DNA of 64,000 nucleotides. It comes from an uncultured Chloroflexia bacterium. GTDB taxonomy: Bacteria; Chloroflexota; Limnocylindria; Limnocylindrales; CSP1-4. A program made the translations under genes and the position numbers. How positions within the stretch are numbered: the first letter of the stretch is position 1; each line of letters begins with the position of its first letter. Positions 1-9,793 of this stretch are shown here, piece after piece. The stretch lies in assembly GCA_963812745.1 (NCBI GenBank), contig CAWEWE010000002.1, forward strand, positions 11,277-75,276, given 5' to 3'. The notes beneath the pieces were generated by a model. That model searched no databases. It saw only the letters and a list, made by a program, of their open reading frames with translations, and was not told the DNA's origin.

Positions 1-113
1 CGCGTGGTACGGTAGGCGCTCGCCACCTCTTGTGGCGGAGCTCCGCGTGGTCGCCTTCCTCTCGAACGGACCGTGTGGCTGCAGTGGCAGTTCGAGAATA
101 TTGGGAGGTCATC

Positions 114-317
114 ATGGCCACCGGTACCATCAAGCGCGTCGTCGCGGATCGAGGCTTCGGCTTCATCGCCACCGAGGGCGAGAAGGAATACTTCTTCCAT
201 CGGAACAGCCTCGAGGCCCCGCTCGACTTCGACCGCCTCGTCGGCGGTGAGTCTGTCGAGTTCGACGTCGAGGAAAGCCCCAAGGGCCCGCGTGCCAACA
301 AGGTGCGCGCCGCCTAA
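114..317 (+). CDS. Cold-shock protein (CspA / cold-shock domain family)
   Basis: 67-aa ORF MATGTIKRVVADRGFGFI...EYFFH with RNP1/RNP2-like motifs. GGGAGG RBS at 103-108. Track ORF 30..317 trimmed to ATG 114. Confidence 0.92.
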   Translation: MATGTIKRVVADRGFGFIATEGEKEYFFHRNSLEAPLDFDRLVGGESVEFDVEESPKGPRANKVRAA

Positions 318-365
318 GGCGTCTGACGCGGGCCGATCAACGGCCCGCTGACCGCGAAACCCTTC

Positions 366-393
366 GACCCGGGTCGCTTCGGCGGCCCGGGTC
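366..393 (+). terminator. GC-rich hairpin downstream of the csp gene (12-bp stem, TTCG loop), no clear U-tract
   Basis: gacccgggtcgc-ttcg-gcggcccgggtc read directly; one G-U pair. About 50 nt after the stop codon. Confidence 0.4.
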
Positions 394-439
394 GATCGAT
401 TCCCTGGTCCACCGGGATGGCCGTGCAACAACATCCCTA

Positions 440-1561
440 GTGGCACGTCCAACGGCCATGGACGCACCACTTCGCGAGCAGATCCGTCACCTCCTCCTCG
501 ATCGTCGCGACCCGCGGATCCTCCTCGGGGTCACGGCCGTAGTGATCGCCGCGCTGATCGCCGGCGCCGTCATGGCGTATGCGGCGAAGGCGCCGCAACA
601 GCCCGACCTTCCCGCGGCCCAGGTCGCCGCCCGATCCACGGCAACCCCGTCGCCCACACTCCCGACGCCGACGCCATTCGCGCGCGCTTCGGTCGAGGCG
701 GTACCCAGCCCGCCAGCCACCGCCGCCACCCCTTCGCCCTCGCCGACCGAGGCCATCCCGGTCGCCGAGCCGACGCCCACCGAACCGCCCGAGACCTATC
801 CGACGCCGGCCCCCGACCCTGCGGTCGAATTGCGGATCGGCGACCACGGATACGGGTTGCCGGGCATCGCCGGATTCCGTATCACCGACGGAGACAGTGT
901 CGTCGAGGTCCTGCACCTCACGACGAGAGACCTCGACCAAACCCGATGTCGTGTCACACAAACGTACGTACCCGACGACGCAGACGACTCGGGATGGACG
1001 ATCTCCCTGGCCGCCAAGTCGGAACAGGATGTGGCCCTCGCCGATGGCACGCACACGTTCCAGGCTCGCTGCCCGAGTGTCGTCGGAACCGTCAGTTCGA
1101 GCGTCGCCGCCATCGCGATGGACGGCCGCCCGGAGGCGTGCGAAGGCTTTGCGTTCACCCGCGACGAGATCACGGCATCCTCGTACGAAGACCTGACCGC
1201 GGGCATCGTCGGGACGTGGCGGGGCTGCGTGTCGACTCCCTGGACGCCGATGTACGAGGTCACGTTCACGTTCCACGAAGACGGGACCTACAGCGCCGTG
1301 ACCGACGAAGTCCTCGATGGATCGCGGATGATCGCGCTGTACTACGGATCCGACGAGGACTCGCCCCTGAAGACGTACGCGATCACCGACTTCCAGGCAA
1401 GCCGGCTCGGTGTCGGCCAGATCGACATCTACTTCTTCCAGAAGTCGATCGTCCGCGGAAGTCTTCGAAACGTGCGGCTGATGGGCGACCAGCTCGAGTT
1501 CGAAGTATTCAACCGGGAATACGGGCCCGTCACCTTCCAGGTGTCCCGCACCGAAGGCTAG
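440..1561 (+). CDS. Hypothetical membrane-anchored protein with Pro/Thr/Ala-rich linker
   Basis: N-terminal TM helix (ILLGVTAVVIAALIAGAVMAYAA), PT-rich spacer, then a globular C-terminal part with normal composition. GTG 440; alternative ATG 458. Confidence 0.6.
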   Translation: MARPTAMDAPLREQIRHLLLDRRDPRILLGVTAVVIAALIAGAVMAYAAKAPQQPDLPAAQVAARSTATPSPTLPTPTPFARASVEAVPSPPATAATPSPSPTEAIPVAEPTPTEPPETYPTPAPDPAVELRIGDHGYGLPGIAGFRITDGDSVVEVLHLTTRDLDQTRCRVTQTYVPDDADDSGWTISLAAKSEQDVALADGTHTFQARCPSVVGTVSSSVAAIAMDGRPEACEGFAFTRDEITASSYEDLTAGIVGTWRGCVSTPWTPMYEVTFTFHEDGTYSAVTDEVLDGSRMIALYYGSDEDSPLKTYAITDFQASRLGVGQIDIYFFQKSIVRGSLRNVRLMGDQLEFEVFNREYGPVTFQVSRTEG

Positions 1562-2271
1562 CTGTCGTCGAACGTCGGCGAAGCCGGATCCACGGTGGCT
1601 GTTCGGAGCGGGGCCGAAGCGGCGTGCGCGCGCAGCAGCGTCTCCAGATCGGCGACCGCCGCTTCGACGTCCCGGCGCGCCTCGCCGTGGTGGCCCTCGA
1701 CGGTCACGAGCAGGTCGGTCGTCGACGTCGAGCTTGCGCTCTCGGCCGACTGGCGCCAGCACCAGCGGCGCGCGGCGACGTGACCGCCCTCGTCGATGAA
1801 GATGACCTCGCCTGGCGCAGGCTGCTCAGTGGCCCCGGATCCAAGGTCGGTGAACGACTCGTCGCCGTTGGCGAAGCGGACGGTCAAGCCGCCCGCGATC
1901 GACCCGAGATCGAACATCGCGACCGGTAGCGCATATCGGATGCTCACGAGGTTACCGATGTCGACGAGCGTATTGATCGACGGGATCGATCCCTGCTTCG
2001 TCAGTCGGCGCAAGAGCGCCTCGGCGGCGGAGCGATAGGCGGTCGGGTCGACGCCGAAGGCGCGGAACGCCCGACGCCAGGCCGCGAGACTGGGGACCTC
2101 CGACAGCGGCGTATCGCCCAGGCGTTCAAGCACTGCCCGCTGTTCGGCCGCGAACGCATCGGCGAGGTCGGGCGACGAGGGCCCATTACGGACCCCGGTG
2201 GCGTGCAGCACGCCCCCGACGATGGCGGGGAATCGTTCGGCGATGTCGGGGTCGTACCTGAACAGCACCAC
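1558..2271 (-). CDS. B3/B4 tRNA-binding-domain protein (PheT B3_4-like)
   Basis: 237 aa. AWRRAFRAFGVDPTAYRSAAEALLRRLTKQGSIPSINTLVDIGNLVS matches the stand-alone B3/4 domain family pattern. Confidence 0.75.
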   Translation of the reverse strand: MVLFRYDPDIAERFPAIVGGVLHATGVRNGPSSPDLADAFAAEQRAVLERLGDTPLSEVPSLAAWRRAFRAFGVDPTAYRSAAEALLRRLTKQGSIPSINTLVDIGNLVSIRYALPVAMFDLGSIAGGLTVRFANGDESFTDLGSGATEQPAPGEVIFIDEGGHVAARRWCWRQSAESASSTSTTDLLVTVEGHHGEARRDVEAAVADLETLLRAHAASAPLRTATVDPASPTFDDS

Positions 2272-2304
2272 CCGGTCAGTCTGCGGCCGCTGCCGAAGAT
2301 CCGT

Positions 2305-4983
2305 TCAGGTCGGGTCCCGTCGCGCCGGAGTCCTGGATCGGCCCATGGCACGACCCAGCTCGGCCCGCGAACCGATCCCGAGCTTCTGGTAGACGTGTTG
2401 GAGGTGGTTGTCGACGGTCCTCACGGAGAGGAACAGGCGGGACGCGATGTCGTCGCTGCTGAGCCCGGTCGCGGCCAGGTCGGCGATCTCCAGCTCGCGC
2501 CGGGAAAGCGGGGTCAGCTCGTCGTCCGGCAGCACCAGCGACGGCGTGCGAGCCCCTTCGCACTTGCCGGCGAGGTCCGCGCTGACCCGGAGCAGTCGCG
2601 TCGCCTTCCGGGGATCGCCGGCCCGTCGAGCCGCTCTGGCGGCATCGGCGGCGGCCTCGGCGGCCAGGAGCGCGGCGCCCATCCGGGCGAACGAGCCTGA
2701 CGCGGCCTCGAGCCCTTCCGGTGCGTCGGCCAGCAAACCCGCGACATGGCTCCGCCGAGCCGCCGCGAGCGGGCCATCGACGCGGTCCCCGATCCGCTGC
2801 AAGGCGGCATGCGCTGCTTCCACGCCGCCGATCCGCGCAAGGGTGTGGGCGAGCAGCGTCGCCTGGCCCCATCGGTGCGCGTCGACCGCCGACGCCAGGG
2901 CCTCCGCTGCGATGCGACGGGCTGTTTCGGGTTGGCCTTGGGCGCTTGCCACCCAGATCCGGGCCTCGTCTCTGAACGGGTCATAGATGCTGCCGGGCCG
3001 GCTCCAGGCGCTTGCGCGCTCCAGGTACCCGGTGGCCTCGTCCGCCTCGGCGAGCAGCGCCGCGCAGAGCGCGAGCACGGCCGCGGCCGTCGTCCCCAGC
3101 AGGTCGCTCGCTTGTGGGCCGACGGCTTCGACCGACGCGGCGGCGCTCCGGGGCCGGCCTCGGTGGAGCTCGACCGACGCGGTGTGCAACGCGGTCAGCA
3201 TCGCGACCGGTCGGTTGTGCTGGGACACCCCGGCTTGGACGGCATCACTGGCGAGACGTTCGACCGGCGTCTCGTCGAGCGAACCCATCGCCACGCGGGC
3301 CCCGAACGCCTCCAGTTCCAGCATCTCGGGTGGGATCGACACCACACCGGCGGCCCACAGACGCCGCGTCTCGGGCAGGGCTCGATCCGCGAGGGTCAGC
3401 ACGGTCTCATAGGCACCGGCCAGATGGCTGGCGATGATGGCCGCCATCGCCGCCGTGACAAGAACGGGCCCGTCCTCGACCTGGGCGAGCAGCGGCTCGG
3501 TGAGCGCCAGCGCCGCGTCCACGTCCGCGCCGAGCGCGAGCAGGTGGGCGCGCTGTGCGCGCAGGTTCGCGAGCTCACCGGCGCCAGCCACCCGTCCTTC
3601 GACGTCGGTCAGGAGCTGGATCGCCGCGTCCGGCTGACCGAGACCCGCCGACAGGATCGCCGCGTGGACGATCGCGATCCGGGCGAGTGTCGCGTCGTCA
3701 CGTGCCAGGTCTGCCCCGGCGGCAAAGATCGCGTCCGCCTCCTCGTAGCGACCCATGTACGCAAGCGCGGTCGCCAGCAGCGTCGCGACGTCCGCGTCGG
3801 GACGCAGGTCCCAGGCACCCGCGGCCAACCGAGCCGTGCCGGCCATGTCCCCTGCCCGATACGTCTCGGAGGCGCCGCGGTGGATGAGCTCTGGATCGCC
3901 GGTGCCGGCCTCCAACTGCCACGTCGCTACGCGCCGAAGGTCGGACCGTCGACGCATACCGGTCGCTGCCATCGCCGACGCGAGCGAACCCTTGATAGCG
4001 GCCGCGCGCATGGCCCCGGTCATCGCCCGGAGGACTTCCGCGTAGATCGGATGGCTGAGCCAGACCTCGCGCCGCCGGCCGTCCTCGCGCATGACGACGA
4101 CGCCGCGCTGCTCGAGCGCGAGGAGCGCGGCGGCACCGACGAGCGCCGTCGCGATGGACAGGCCGATCGGCTCGCCATGGGCGATCACATGGAGCGGCCC
4201 TCCCTCGGCATCCGGCAGGTCGTCGATCCGGGCGCGAACGAGCTCCACGAGGCGAGGCGAGACGCCGAACTCGCCGACGAGCGTCCACCGACCATCGACG
4301 TCGGCGACGGCCCCGGCGTCGCGCCCGGACAGGCACAGCTCACGCGCGAACAGGGCGTTGCCATCCGCCCGGCGTACGACCGCCGCGGCGAGCGGGGCGT
4401 CGACCGGGCCATCCAGGACCTGCGCGGCGAGCGCCGCGATCGAGGCGTCATCGAGGCGGCCGACCTCGATCCTGTCGGCCAGCCCTTCCTTCCACAGCGC
4501 CAGGACAGGGTCCGGCACCGGCTCTCCGGTGCGAACGGTCGCGACGACGAAAGACGGCATCGACATCGCGAGCTGCAGGACCAGCGTCGCGGAGTGGTCG
4601 TCGAGCAGGTGCGCGTCGTCGACCGACAGCAGGAGCCGTCGATCGCCCGCTTGCTGGGCGAGCGCTGTCCGCGCAGCGGTGAGGACGTTGCCGCTCGCCC
4701 CACTCAGATCCGGGAGCAGGTGGCTGAGGGCACCGAGCGGGATGGCCGTCGCGGCCTGCGTTCCGACGGTGCTGACGGCGAACCAGCCGCGGTCGGCGCC
4801 GCGCCGCGCGATCTCGGTCGCGAGGCGGCTCTTGCCGACGCCGCCCTCCCCCACCAGAACGACACCGCCGGCGGCGCCGTCGAGCAGCGTCGTCGCCCGT
4901 TCCAAGAGGTCCTCCCGACCAACCAGGGGCGCGAGCGCGGGCATCTCCTCCCCTCGCGACGAAATCGAGTAGTCGCTACTCAT
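2305..4983 (-). CDS. LuxR-family transcriptional regulator with N-terminal NTPase domain (LAL/MalT-like)
   Basis: 892 aa. Walker A GEGGVGKSRL near the N-terminus, long helical middle, C-terminal LuxR HTH (LSRRELEIADLAATGLSSDDIASRLFLSVRTVDNHLQHVYQKLG). Confidence 0.87.
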   Translation of the reverse strand: MSSDYSISSRGEEMPALAPLVGREDLLERATTLLDGAAGGVVLVGEGGVGKSRLATEIARRGADRGWFAVSTVGTQAATAIPLGALSHLLPDLSGASGNVLTAARTALAQQAGDRRLLLSVDDAHLLDDHSATLVLQLAMSMPSFVVATVRTGEPVPDPVLALWKEGLADRIEVGRLDDASIAALAAQVLDGPVDAPLAAAVVRRADGNALFARELCLSGRDAGAVADVDGRWTLVGEFGVSPRLVELVRARIDDLPDAEGGPLHVIAHGEPIGLSIATALVGAAALLALEQRGVVVMREDGRRREVWLSHPIYAEVLRAMTGAMRAAAIKGSLASAMAATGMRRRSDLRRVATWQLEAGTGDPELIHRGASETYRAGDMAGTARLAAGAWDLRPDADVATLLATALAYMGRYEEADAIFAAGADLARDDATLARIAIVHAAILSAGLGQPDAAIQLLTDVEGRVAGAGELANLRAQRAHLLALGADVDAALALTEPLLAQVEDGPVLVTAAMAAIIASHLAGAYETVLTLADRALPETRRLWAAGVVSIPPEMLELEAFGARVAMGSLDETPVERLASDAVQAGVSQHNRPVAMLTALHTASVELHRGRPRSAAASVEAVGPQASDLLGTTAAAVLALCAALLAEADEATGYLERASAWSRPGSIYDPFRDEARIWVASAQGQPETARRIAAEALASAVDAHRWGQATLLAHTLARIGGVEAAHAALQRIGDRVDGPLAAARRSHVAGLLADAPEGLEAASGSFARMGAALLAAEAAADAARAARRAGDPRKATRLLRVSADLAGKCEGARTPSLVLPDDELTPLSRRELEIADLAATGLSSDDIASRLFLSVRTVDNHLQHVYQKLGIGSRAELGRAMGRSRTPARRDPT

Positions 4984-5044
4984 GCCGGGCGACCTCCACC
5001 GGTGGACGCTCTCGGCCTGAGCAATCTACTCCGCGAGGCATCCC

Positions 5045-5335
5045 TTGACGACAGAGCATTTCGACCCGCAAGCCTTCGACCCGATCGACGGGTACACGCT
5101 AGCCATGTACGCCGAGGTCTGCCGGGCCCTCGTGCGACTGCCTGGCGGATCCGCTCGCCAGCTCGAATCGGCGCTCGCGGACCACGGGCTGACCGTCGAT
5201 GTCTGGACCGGCATCCGCCGCGGCTGGTCCGACCGTATCGCGACGGATCCCTTCGTACGCGGCGCGTTCAGACGGCTCTACGCTGGCGAATCGATCGCGG
5301 CGCCGCCGTCCATCATGGGAGGAGAGGAAGCATGA
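5045..5335 (+). CDS. Hypothetical small protein, first gene of an overlapping operon
   Basis: 96-aa ORF with TTG start. Its stop overlaps the next start as ATGA (5332-5335). No family recognised. Confidence 0.4.
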   Translation: MTTEHFDPQAFDPIDGYTLAMYAEVCRALVRLPGGSARQLESALADHGLTVDVWTGIRRGWSDRIATDPFVRGAFRRLYAGESIAAPPSIMGGEEA

Positions 5336-6105
5336 CCGCCATCCGTTCCGCCATCGCACGCCACCCCATCACCGCCTACATCGTCATCGCGTTCGCGTTC
5401 TCCTGGGCGTTCACGTTCGCCTTGAGCATCTCGATCATGTTCGGGCTGGTCGCGCTGTTCGGGCCGGCCGTGGCCGCGATCGTGGTCTCCCGCGCCGAAG
5501 GGACCTGGCCGGAGCTGCGGGCTCGGATCGGCGCATGGCGTCGAGGCCTAGGGTGGTACGCACTCGCGCTCGGCATCCCGTTCGGCGTCGCTGCGTTCGC
5601 ACGCCTCCTCGCACCGCTCACGGGAACCCGGATCGACGGCTTCGGGACCATCTCCGCGATCGAGGTCGTGATCTTCGTCCTCGTCATCGGTGAGGAGATC
5701 GGGTGGCGGGGCTTCCTCCAGCCGCGCCTACGGAGTCGCATGGGTCTGGCGGCCGCTGGTTTGGCGACGGGCGTCGTCTGGGTCCTCTGGCACCTGCCGA
5801 TCTACCTCGCGCCCGAGCAAGGCCTGGGCGCCTTCCTCGTGTTCGCCTGGTGGGTCCTGCCGTTGTCAGTAGCGATGGGTGCCGTGGCGGAGGGTGCGAG
5901 GTTCAGCGTGATCGTGGCGACGGTCATGCATGGCGCTGCCAATATCGCGACGCCTTTCCTGCTGCCGAACGTCGATCGGAGCTGGTGGCTGCTGGTCACC
6001 GGCGCCCTGTACGCCATCGTTGCGGCCGCCTTGGTGGTCATGGCGCGGAGACGCGGTGCCGACGGGCCCCTCGGCCTGCCGGTCCCAGCGACGCTTACAC
6101 CATGA
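5332..6105 (+). CDS. CPBP family intramembrane glutamic endopeptidase (CAAX protease / Abi)
   Basis: 257 aa, multi-TM. Motifs EEIGWRGF, WVLWH and HGAAN. It is the real C-terminal part of the spurious 1119-aa track ORF 2746..6105. Confidence 0.85.
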   Translation: MTAIRSAIARHPITAYIVIAFAFSWAFTFALSISIMFGLVALFGPAVAAIVVSRAEGTWPELRARIGAWRRGLGWYALALGIPFGVAAFARLLAPLTGTRIDGFGTISAIEVVIFVLVIGEEIGWRGFLQPRLRSRMGLAAAGLATGVVWVLWHLPIYLAPEQGLGAFLVFAWWVLPLSVAMGAVAEGARFSVIVATVMHGAANIATPFLLPNVDRSWWLLVTGALYAIVAAALVVMARRRGADGPLGLPVPATLTP

Positions 6106-6641
6106 CGGCCTCGATCTCCCCTCGCGACCCCGACGAGCGCCTCCTCGAGGAGGCGCTCGTCGTCATCCGGGACGCTCGCGAGCGTGCCCCGCGTGACTAC
6201 CTGGTCGCCATCGCCATCCTCCTCGGACTCCTCGCCGCCGCGTTGCTTGCGATCGGTGTCCTCCTTGGTGGTCGGCTCGGGGACCTGTCCCTCAACCTCG
6301 GCATCGAGGTCGTCGGCGCGCTGCTGACTGTCGTCGTCATCGATGGCCTCTGGTCGCGTGCTCAGACCGCCAGCACCGACCGGCTCCGCTCGATCGAGGA
6401 CCGACTCCAGCGCCGGGCGTGGGCGCGGCGCGATCGCGTGCATCCCCTCATGCCCGCCGAGCGCGCGGGTTGGCTCGACGTCGTGACCGAGTACCGCCGG
6501 TTGACGACGCGCACGTCCTTGCTCGACCGCCTATCGGCCGCTCGGGACTACGGACGTCGTGCGCAGCGGATCGAACACCAGGCTGAGCAGCTGCTGGATG
6601 ACGGCCTCGATACCGGTGACGCCCCGTCGCGGATTGAGTAG
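6102..6641 (+). CDS. Hypothetical membrane protein (2 TM, charged helical C-terminus)
   Basis: 179 aa. ATGA overlap with the CPBP gene. TM segments LVAIAILLGLLAAALLAIGVLL and IEVVGALLTVVVIDGLW. Confidence 0.6.
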   Translation: MTASISPRDPDERLLEEALVVIRDARERAPRDYLVAIAILLGLLAAALLAIGVLLGGRLGDLSLNLGIEVVGALLTVVVIDGLWSRAQTASTDRLRSIEDRLQRRAWARRDRVHPLMPAERAGWLDVVTEYRRLTTRTSLLDRLSAARDYGRRAQRIEHQAEQLLDDGLDTGDAPSRIE

Positions 6642-6721
6642 TCACTGCTCATCACCTGGCCGGTCGAGCGACCGACGCTTGCCTGGTCAACCCCGACAAT
6701 GGAACGAAAGGAGACATCGAC

Positions 6722-7234
6722 ATGACCGCGCAGAACACCCCTCGCCCGCTGGATGGGATGATCCCCGAGAAGGCCGTCGGCGGCCTCGTCCTGGTTGCCA
6801 TCGGCCTGGTGCTGATCGCCGGCTACCTGATCCCCGGGTTCGGGCAGTACACCCTCCTCGCGGTGGGAATCGTTTGTCTGGTCGCCTTCGCGCTGACGCG
6901 TGAGTACGGCTATGCCGTCGCGACCGGCATCACCGGCGGCCTCGGTGTCGGCGTGATCCTGAGCAGCTTCTACACGGATCCGTACGACGGCGTCGCCTTC
7001 ATGGCGTCGTTCGCGGGCGGCTTCCTCGTCATCTGGCTGCTCGGGCTCCTCGCCAAGCCGCGCGAGACGAACCCGTGGCCATTCATCCCAGCCATCCTCT
7101 TCGCAGCCGTCGCCATCACGATCGTCACGGAGACATCGACGCTCCTCGACGCCCTGGTGATCATCGGCGTCATCAGCCTCATCGCGGGCGGTCTCAAGGC
7201 CATCCGCGACGCCCGAAAGGAGCGTGCCTCGTGA
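6722..7234 (+). CDS. Hypothetical integral membrane protein (about 5 TM)
   Basis: 170 aa. Strong RBS GAAAGGAG 8 nt upstream of ATG 6722. Hydrophobic throughout. Confidence 0.7.
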   Translation: MTAQNTPRPLDGMIPEKAVGGLVLVAIGLVLIAGYLIPGFGQYTLLAVGIVCLVAFALTREYGYAVATGITGGLGVGVILSSFYTDPYDGVAFMASFAGGFLVIWLLGLLAKPRETNPWPFIPAILFAAVAITIVTETSTLLDALVIIGVISLIAGGLKAIRDARKERAS

Positions 7235-7239
7235 CCCGG

Positions 7240-7776
7240 ATGTCCTTGCGCCGGGCGGTGTTGCCCGTCGCGACGTTGCTCGCGGTCGGCGTCTTCGCCG
7301 GCTGCAGCGGCGCAGCGACGACTGGTAGCCCCGCACCCGCGTCGCCAAGCCCGATCCCGTCCGCGGCTCCTCCGGCAGCGCCGAGCGCGTCGACTTCCGG
7401 TGAGGGGACGCGGTTCGAGGTCCCGCTGACGATCGCCACCAGCCACACCGTCACGGCGACGGTCATCGACTGGACCGGCCTCGTGACGGGGGCGACCTCG
7501 GGCACGCCAGGCGACGGCGCTTCGGTGGCCTCCGGCGCGGTGCTGCTGACCAACGACAGCCCGACGACCCTCGTCGTGACCTGGGCAGCCGGCCCCTGCG
7601 ACTCGACGCCGACGATCGTCGTCGATGCAGGTGGGTCGACGCTCACTGTGGTCCAGGAACCCTGCACGGGCGACGCCATCGCCTTCGACAGGATCGTCCG
7701 TCTCACGACCAGCCAAGCGATCGACGCGACATCGATCACCGGAGTGCTGCAGCCAGGCGGCGACACCCCGGGCTGA
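7240..7776 (+). CDS. Hypothetical lipoprotein
   Basis: Signal peptide with lipobox LAVGVFAG-C, then a Pro/Ala/Ser linker. Alternative GTG 7231 gives a GTGA overlap with the upstream gene. Confidence 0.65.
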   Translation: MSLRRAVLPVATLLAVGVFAGCSGAATTGSPAPASPSPIPSAAPPAAPSASTSGEGTRFEVPLTIATSHTVTATVIDWTGLVTGATSGTPGDGASVASGAVLLTNDSPTTLVVTWAAGPCDSTPTIVVDAGGSTLTVVQEPCTGDAIAFDRIVRLTTSQAIDATSITGVLQPGGDTPG

Positions 7777-7869
7777 GCGTCATCGGAACAGGACGTCGAG
7801 GTCGGCCAGCGCCACCTCGACGTCCTTTTGCGCGCGCTGGCGCGCTACCCTCACGCCGTGGTGCGGCGA

Positions 7870-9021
7870 ATGCGGGGCAGCATGCGCGCGGCGGACGCGC
7901 AGTCGGTGACGTTCGTCGAGCTGTTCTTCGATCTCGTCTTCGTGTTCGCGATCACCCAGCTGACCGTCCTGACCGCGCACCACCTGACGCCCGACGGCAT
8001 CCTGCGATCGATCCTCCTCGGCTGGATCATCTGGTGGGCGTGGACGCAGTTCACCTGGACGCTCAATCCGGCCGACACGACCCATCCGACCGTGCGGATC
8101 ATCACGCTCGCGGCGACCGGCGCAGCGCTGGTCATGGCTGCCTCGGTACCGCGGGCGTTCGCCGCCGACGCGCTCTGGTTCGCCGCGCCATACCTGCTCG
8201 TCCGCGTGCTCGGGCTGGGACTCCAGGTCCTGGTCGAGCTCGAGCGCGGCGGTGAGGATCACGGGGGCGTCATCCGCTGGGTCTCGCTCTCGTCCATCGG
8301 TCTGGCGCTCGTGCTCATCGGCGCTATCGTCGATTCATCCGTCAGGCCGTGGATCTGGCTGGTGGCGATCCTTGCCGACCTGATCTCCGCTGCGATCGCG
8401 GGGCGCAACACGACCTGGGATCTGAACCCAGCGCACCTGTCAGAACGCCATGGCCTGTTCGTGATCATCGCGATCGGCGAGTCCATCATCGTGGCCGGTA
8501 CGGCCGTGGCAGACGACGAGCGCTCGAGGGCGCTAGCGTCGGCCGCCGCGGCCGCTATCGTCGTCGCCAGCCTGCTGTGGTGGACGTATTTCGGCTGGCT
8601 GAAGGACGCCCTCGAACACCGCTACGCGTCGGCGCCGCCGGAGCGCAACGGTCCGCTGGCGCGCGACGCATTCAGCCTCGCGCATTTCCCACTGATCGGC
8701 GGCATCGTCGGGTTCGCCGTCGCGCTCGAAGAGATCGGCCTCCATCCGGACGACCCGGCGACGGCGGCCGTGCTCGCGTCGCTCGGCATCGGCGTGTCGC
8801 TCTTCGTGGCGAGCTCGGCGGTGGCGCTCCGCTTGTGCGGCGGCCCGCTCCTCGTGCCACGCCTCGCCATCCTGCCGGTGATGCTCGTCGGGCTCATCGT
8901 CGTCGCGCCGATGGCGCCGGTCTGGCCACTGGTGGTCGTCGCGGTGGCACTGCTGGCGATCGTCCTGATCGAGGGCCCCGGGCCACGGACGGAGCGGGCC
9001 CACGTGCCCGCCTCGTCGTAA
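7870..9021 (+). CDS. Low temperature requirement protein A (LtrA) family membrane protein
   Basis: Signature VTFVELFFDLVFVFAITQL near the N-terminus and about 10 TM segments. Start uncertain: ATG 7870 or 7882, track TTG 7828. Confidence 0.85.
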   Translation: MRGSMRAADAQSVTFVELFFDLVFVFAITQLTVLTAHHLTPDGILRSILLGWIIWWAWTQFTWTLNPADTTHPTVRIITLAATGAALVMAASVPRAFAADALWFAAPYLLVRVLGLGLQVLVELERGGEDHGGVIRWVSLSSIGLALVLIGAIVDSSVRPWIWLVAILADLISAAIAGRNTTWDLNPAHLSERHGLFVIIAIGESIIVAGTAVADDERSRALASAAAAAIVVASLLWWTYFGWLKDALEHRYASAPPERNGPLARDAFSLAHFPLIGGIVGFAVALEEIGLHPDDPATAAVLASLGIGVSLFVASSAVALRLCGGPLLVPRLAILPVMLVGLIVVAPMAPVWPLVVVAVALLAIVLIEGPGPRTERAHVPASS

Positions 9022-9034
9022 CTCGGCCTGCGGT

Positions 9035-9793
9035 CTAGCCGCGCTTCCGGTCGACGAACGCCTGCAACCGCTCCCGCGTCGCCGGCGACCCGAAGCAGTC
9101 GAGCTCGGCCTCGGTCTCGAGACGCGTGGCTGCGTCGAAGTCGAGGTCGAGGCCTTCGTGAACGGTCCGCTTGGTCCACGCGGCGCCGACGCGCGGGTAG
9201 GACGCGATCCGATGCGCGAACGCCTCAGCTTCGGCGAGCAATAGCTCGGGGTCGAGCACCCGGCTGACCAGCCCGATCCGTTCTGCTTCCTCCGCGCCGA
9301 TGTTCTCGGCACCGAGCGCCAGGTAGAGCGCCCGCCCAAGCCCGACGATCCGCGGCAGCAGGTACGTCATCCCGCTCGTCGGGCTCAACCCGAGTGGCGT
9401 GTCCGGCAGCCCGAACTGCGTCCCGACAGCCGCGAACCGGACATCGCACATCAGCGCCAGCTCGAAACCGCCGGCGAGCGCGTAGCCGTGGATCGCCCCG
9501 ACGATCGGTTTCGGGCACGACCGGAACGCTGCCGAGAGGCGCATGTAGCGTGGGATCGTGTCGGCGAACTGCTCCGCATCCATCGCCTGCATCGCGGCGA
9601 TGTCACCGCCCGTCGAAAACGCCCGACCGCGGCCGCTCAGGACGACCGCGCCGACCGTGTCCGACTTGCCGACCGCTTCGATCGCGTCGTACAGCAGGTC
9701 GAGCATCTCGACGCTGATGGCGTTCAGCTTCTCGGGGCGGTTGAGCGTGACGAGCGCGACGTCGCCCCTGGCCAGGACCTCGACGACCGCCAC
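9035..9793 (-). CDS. Enoyl-CoA hydratase/isomerase (crotonase) family protein
   Basis: 252 aa. LNRPEKLNAIS...GRGRAFSTGGDI...GAIHGYALAGGFELALMCD is the typical crotonase oxyanion-hole pattern. Confidence 0.9.
   Translation of the reverse strand: MAVVEVLARGDVALVTLNRPEKLNAISVEMLDLLYDAIEAVGKSDTVGAVVLSGRGRAFSTGGDIAAMQAMDAEQFADTIPRYMRLSAAFRSCPKPIVGAIHGYALAGGFELALMCDVRFAAVGTQFGLPDTPLGLSPTSGMTYLLPRIVGLGRALYLALGAENIGAEEAERIGLVSRVLDPELLLAEAEAFAHRIASYPRVGAAWTKRTVHEGLDLDFDAATRLETEAELDCFGSPATRERLQAFVDRKRG

Noticed and set aside
437-1762. 441-aa minus-strand ORF
   Set aside because: It is antisense to the membrane-anchored protein gene (440-1561) and overlaps the B3/4 gene in another frame. Its composition is Arg/Gly-rich shadow-ORF type.
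2746-6105. 1119-aa plus-strand ORF, the longest in the left part of the window
   Set aside because: Most of it is antisense to the well-supported LuxR/LAL gene (2305-4983). Its composition there is Arg/Gly/Pro-rich nonsense, typical of high-GC shadow ORFs. Only the last 257 aa (5332-6105, CPBP protease) are real.
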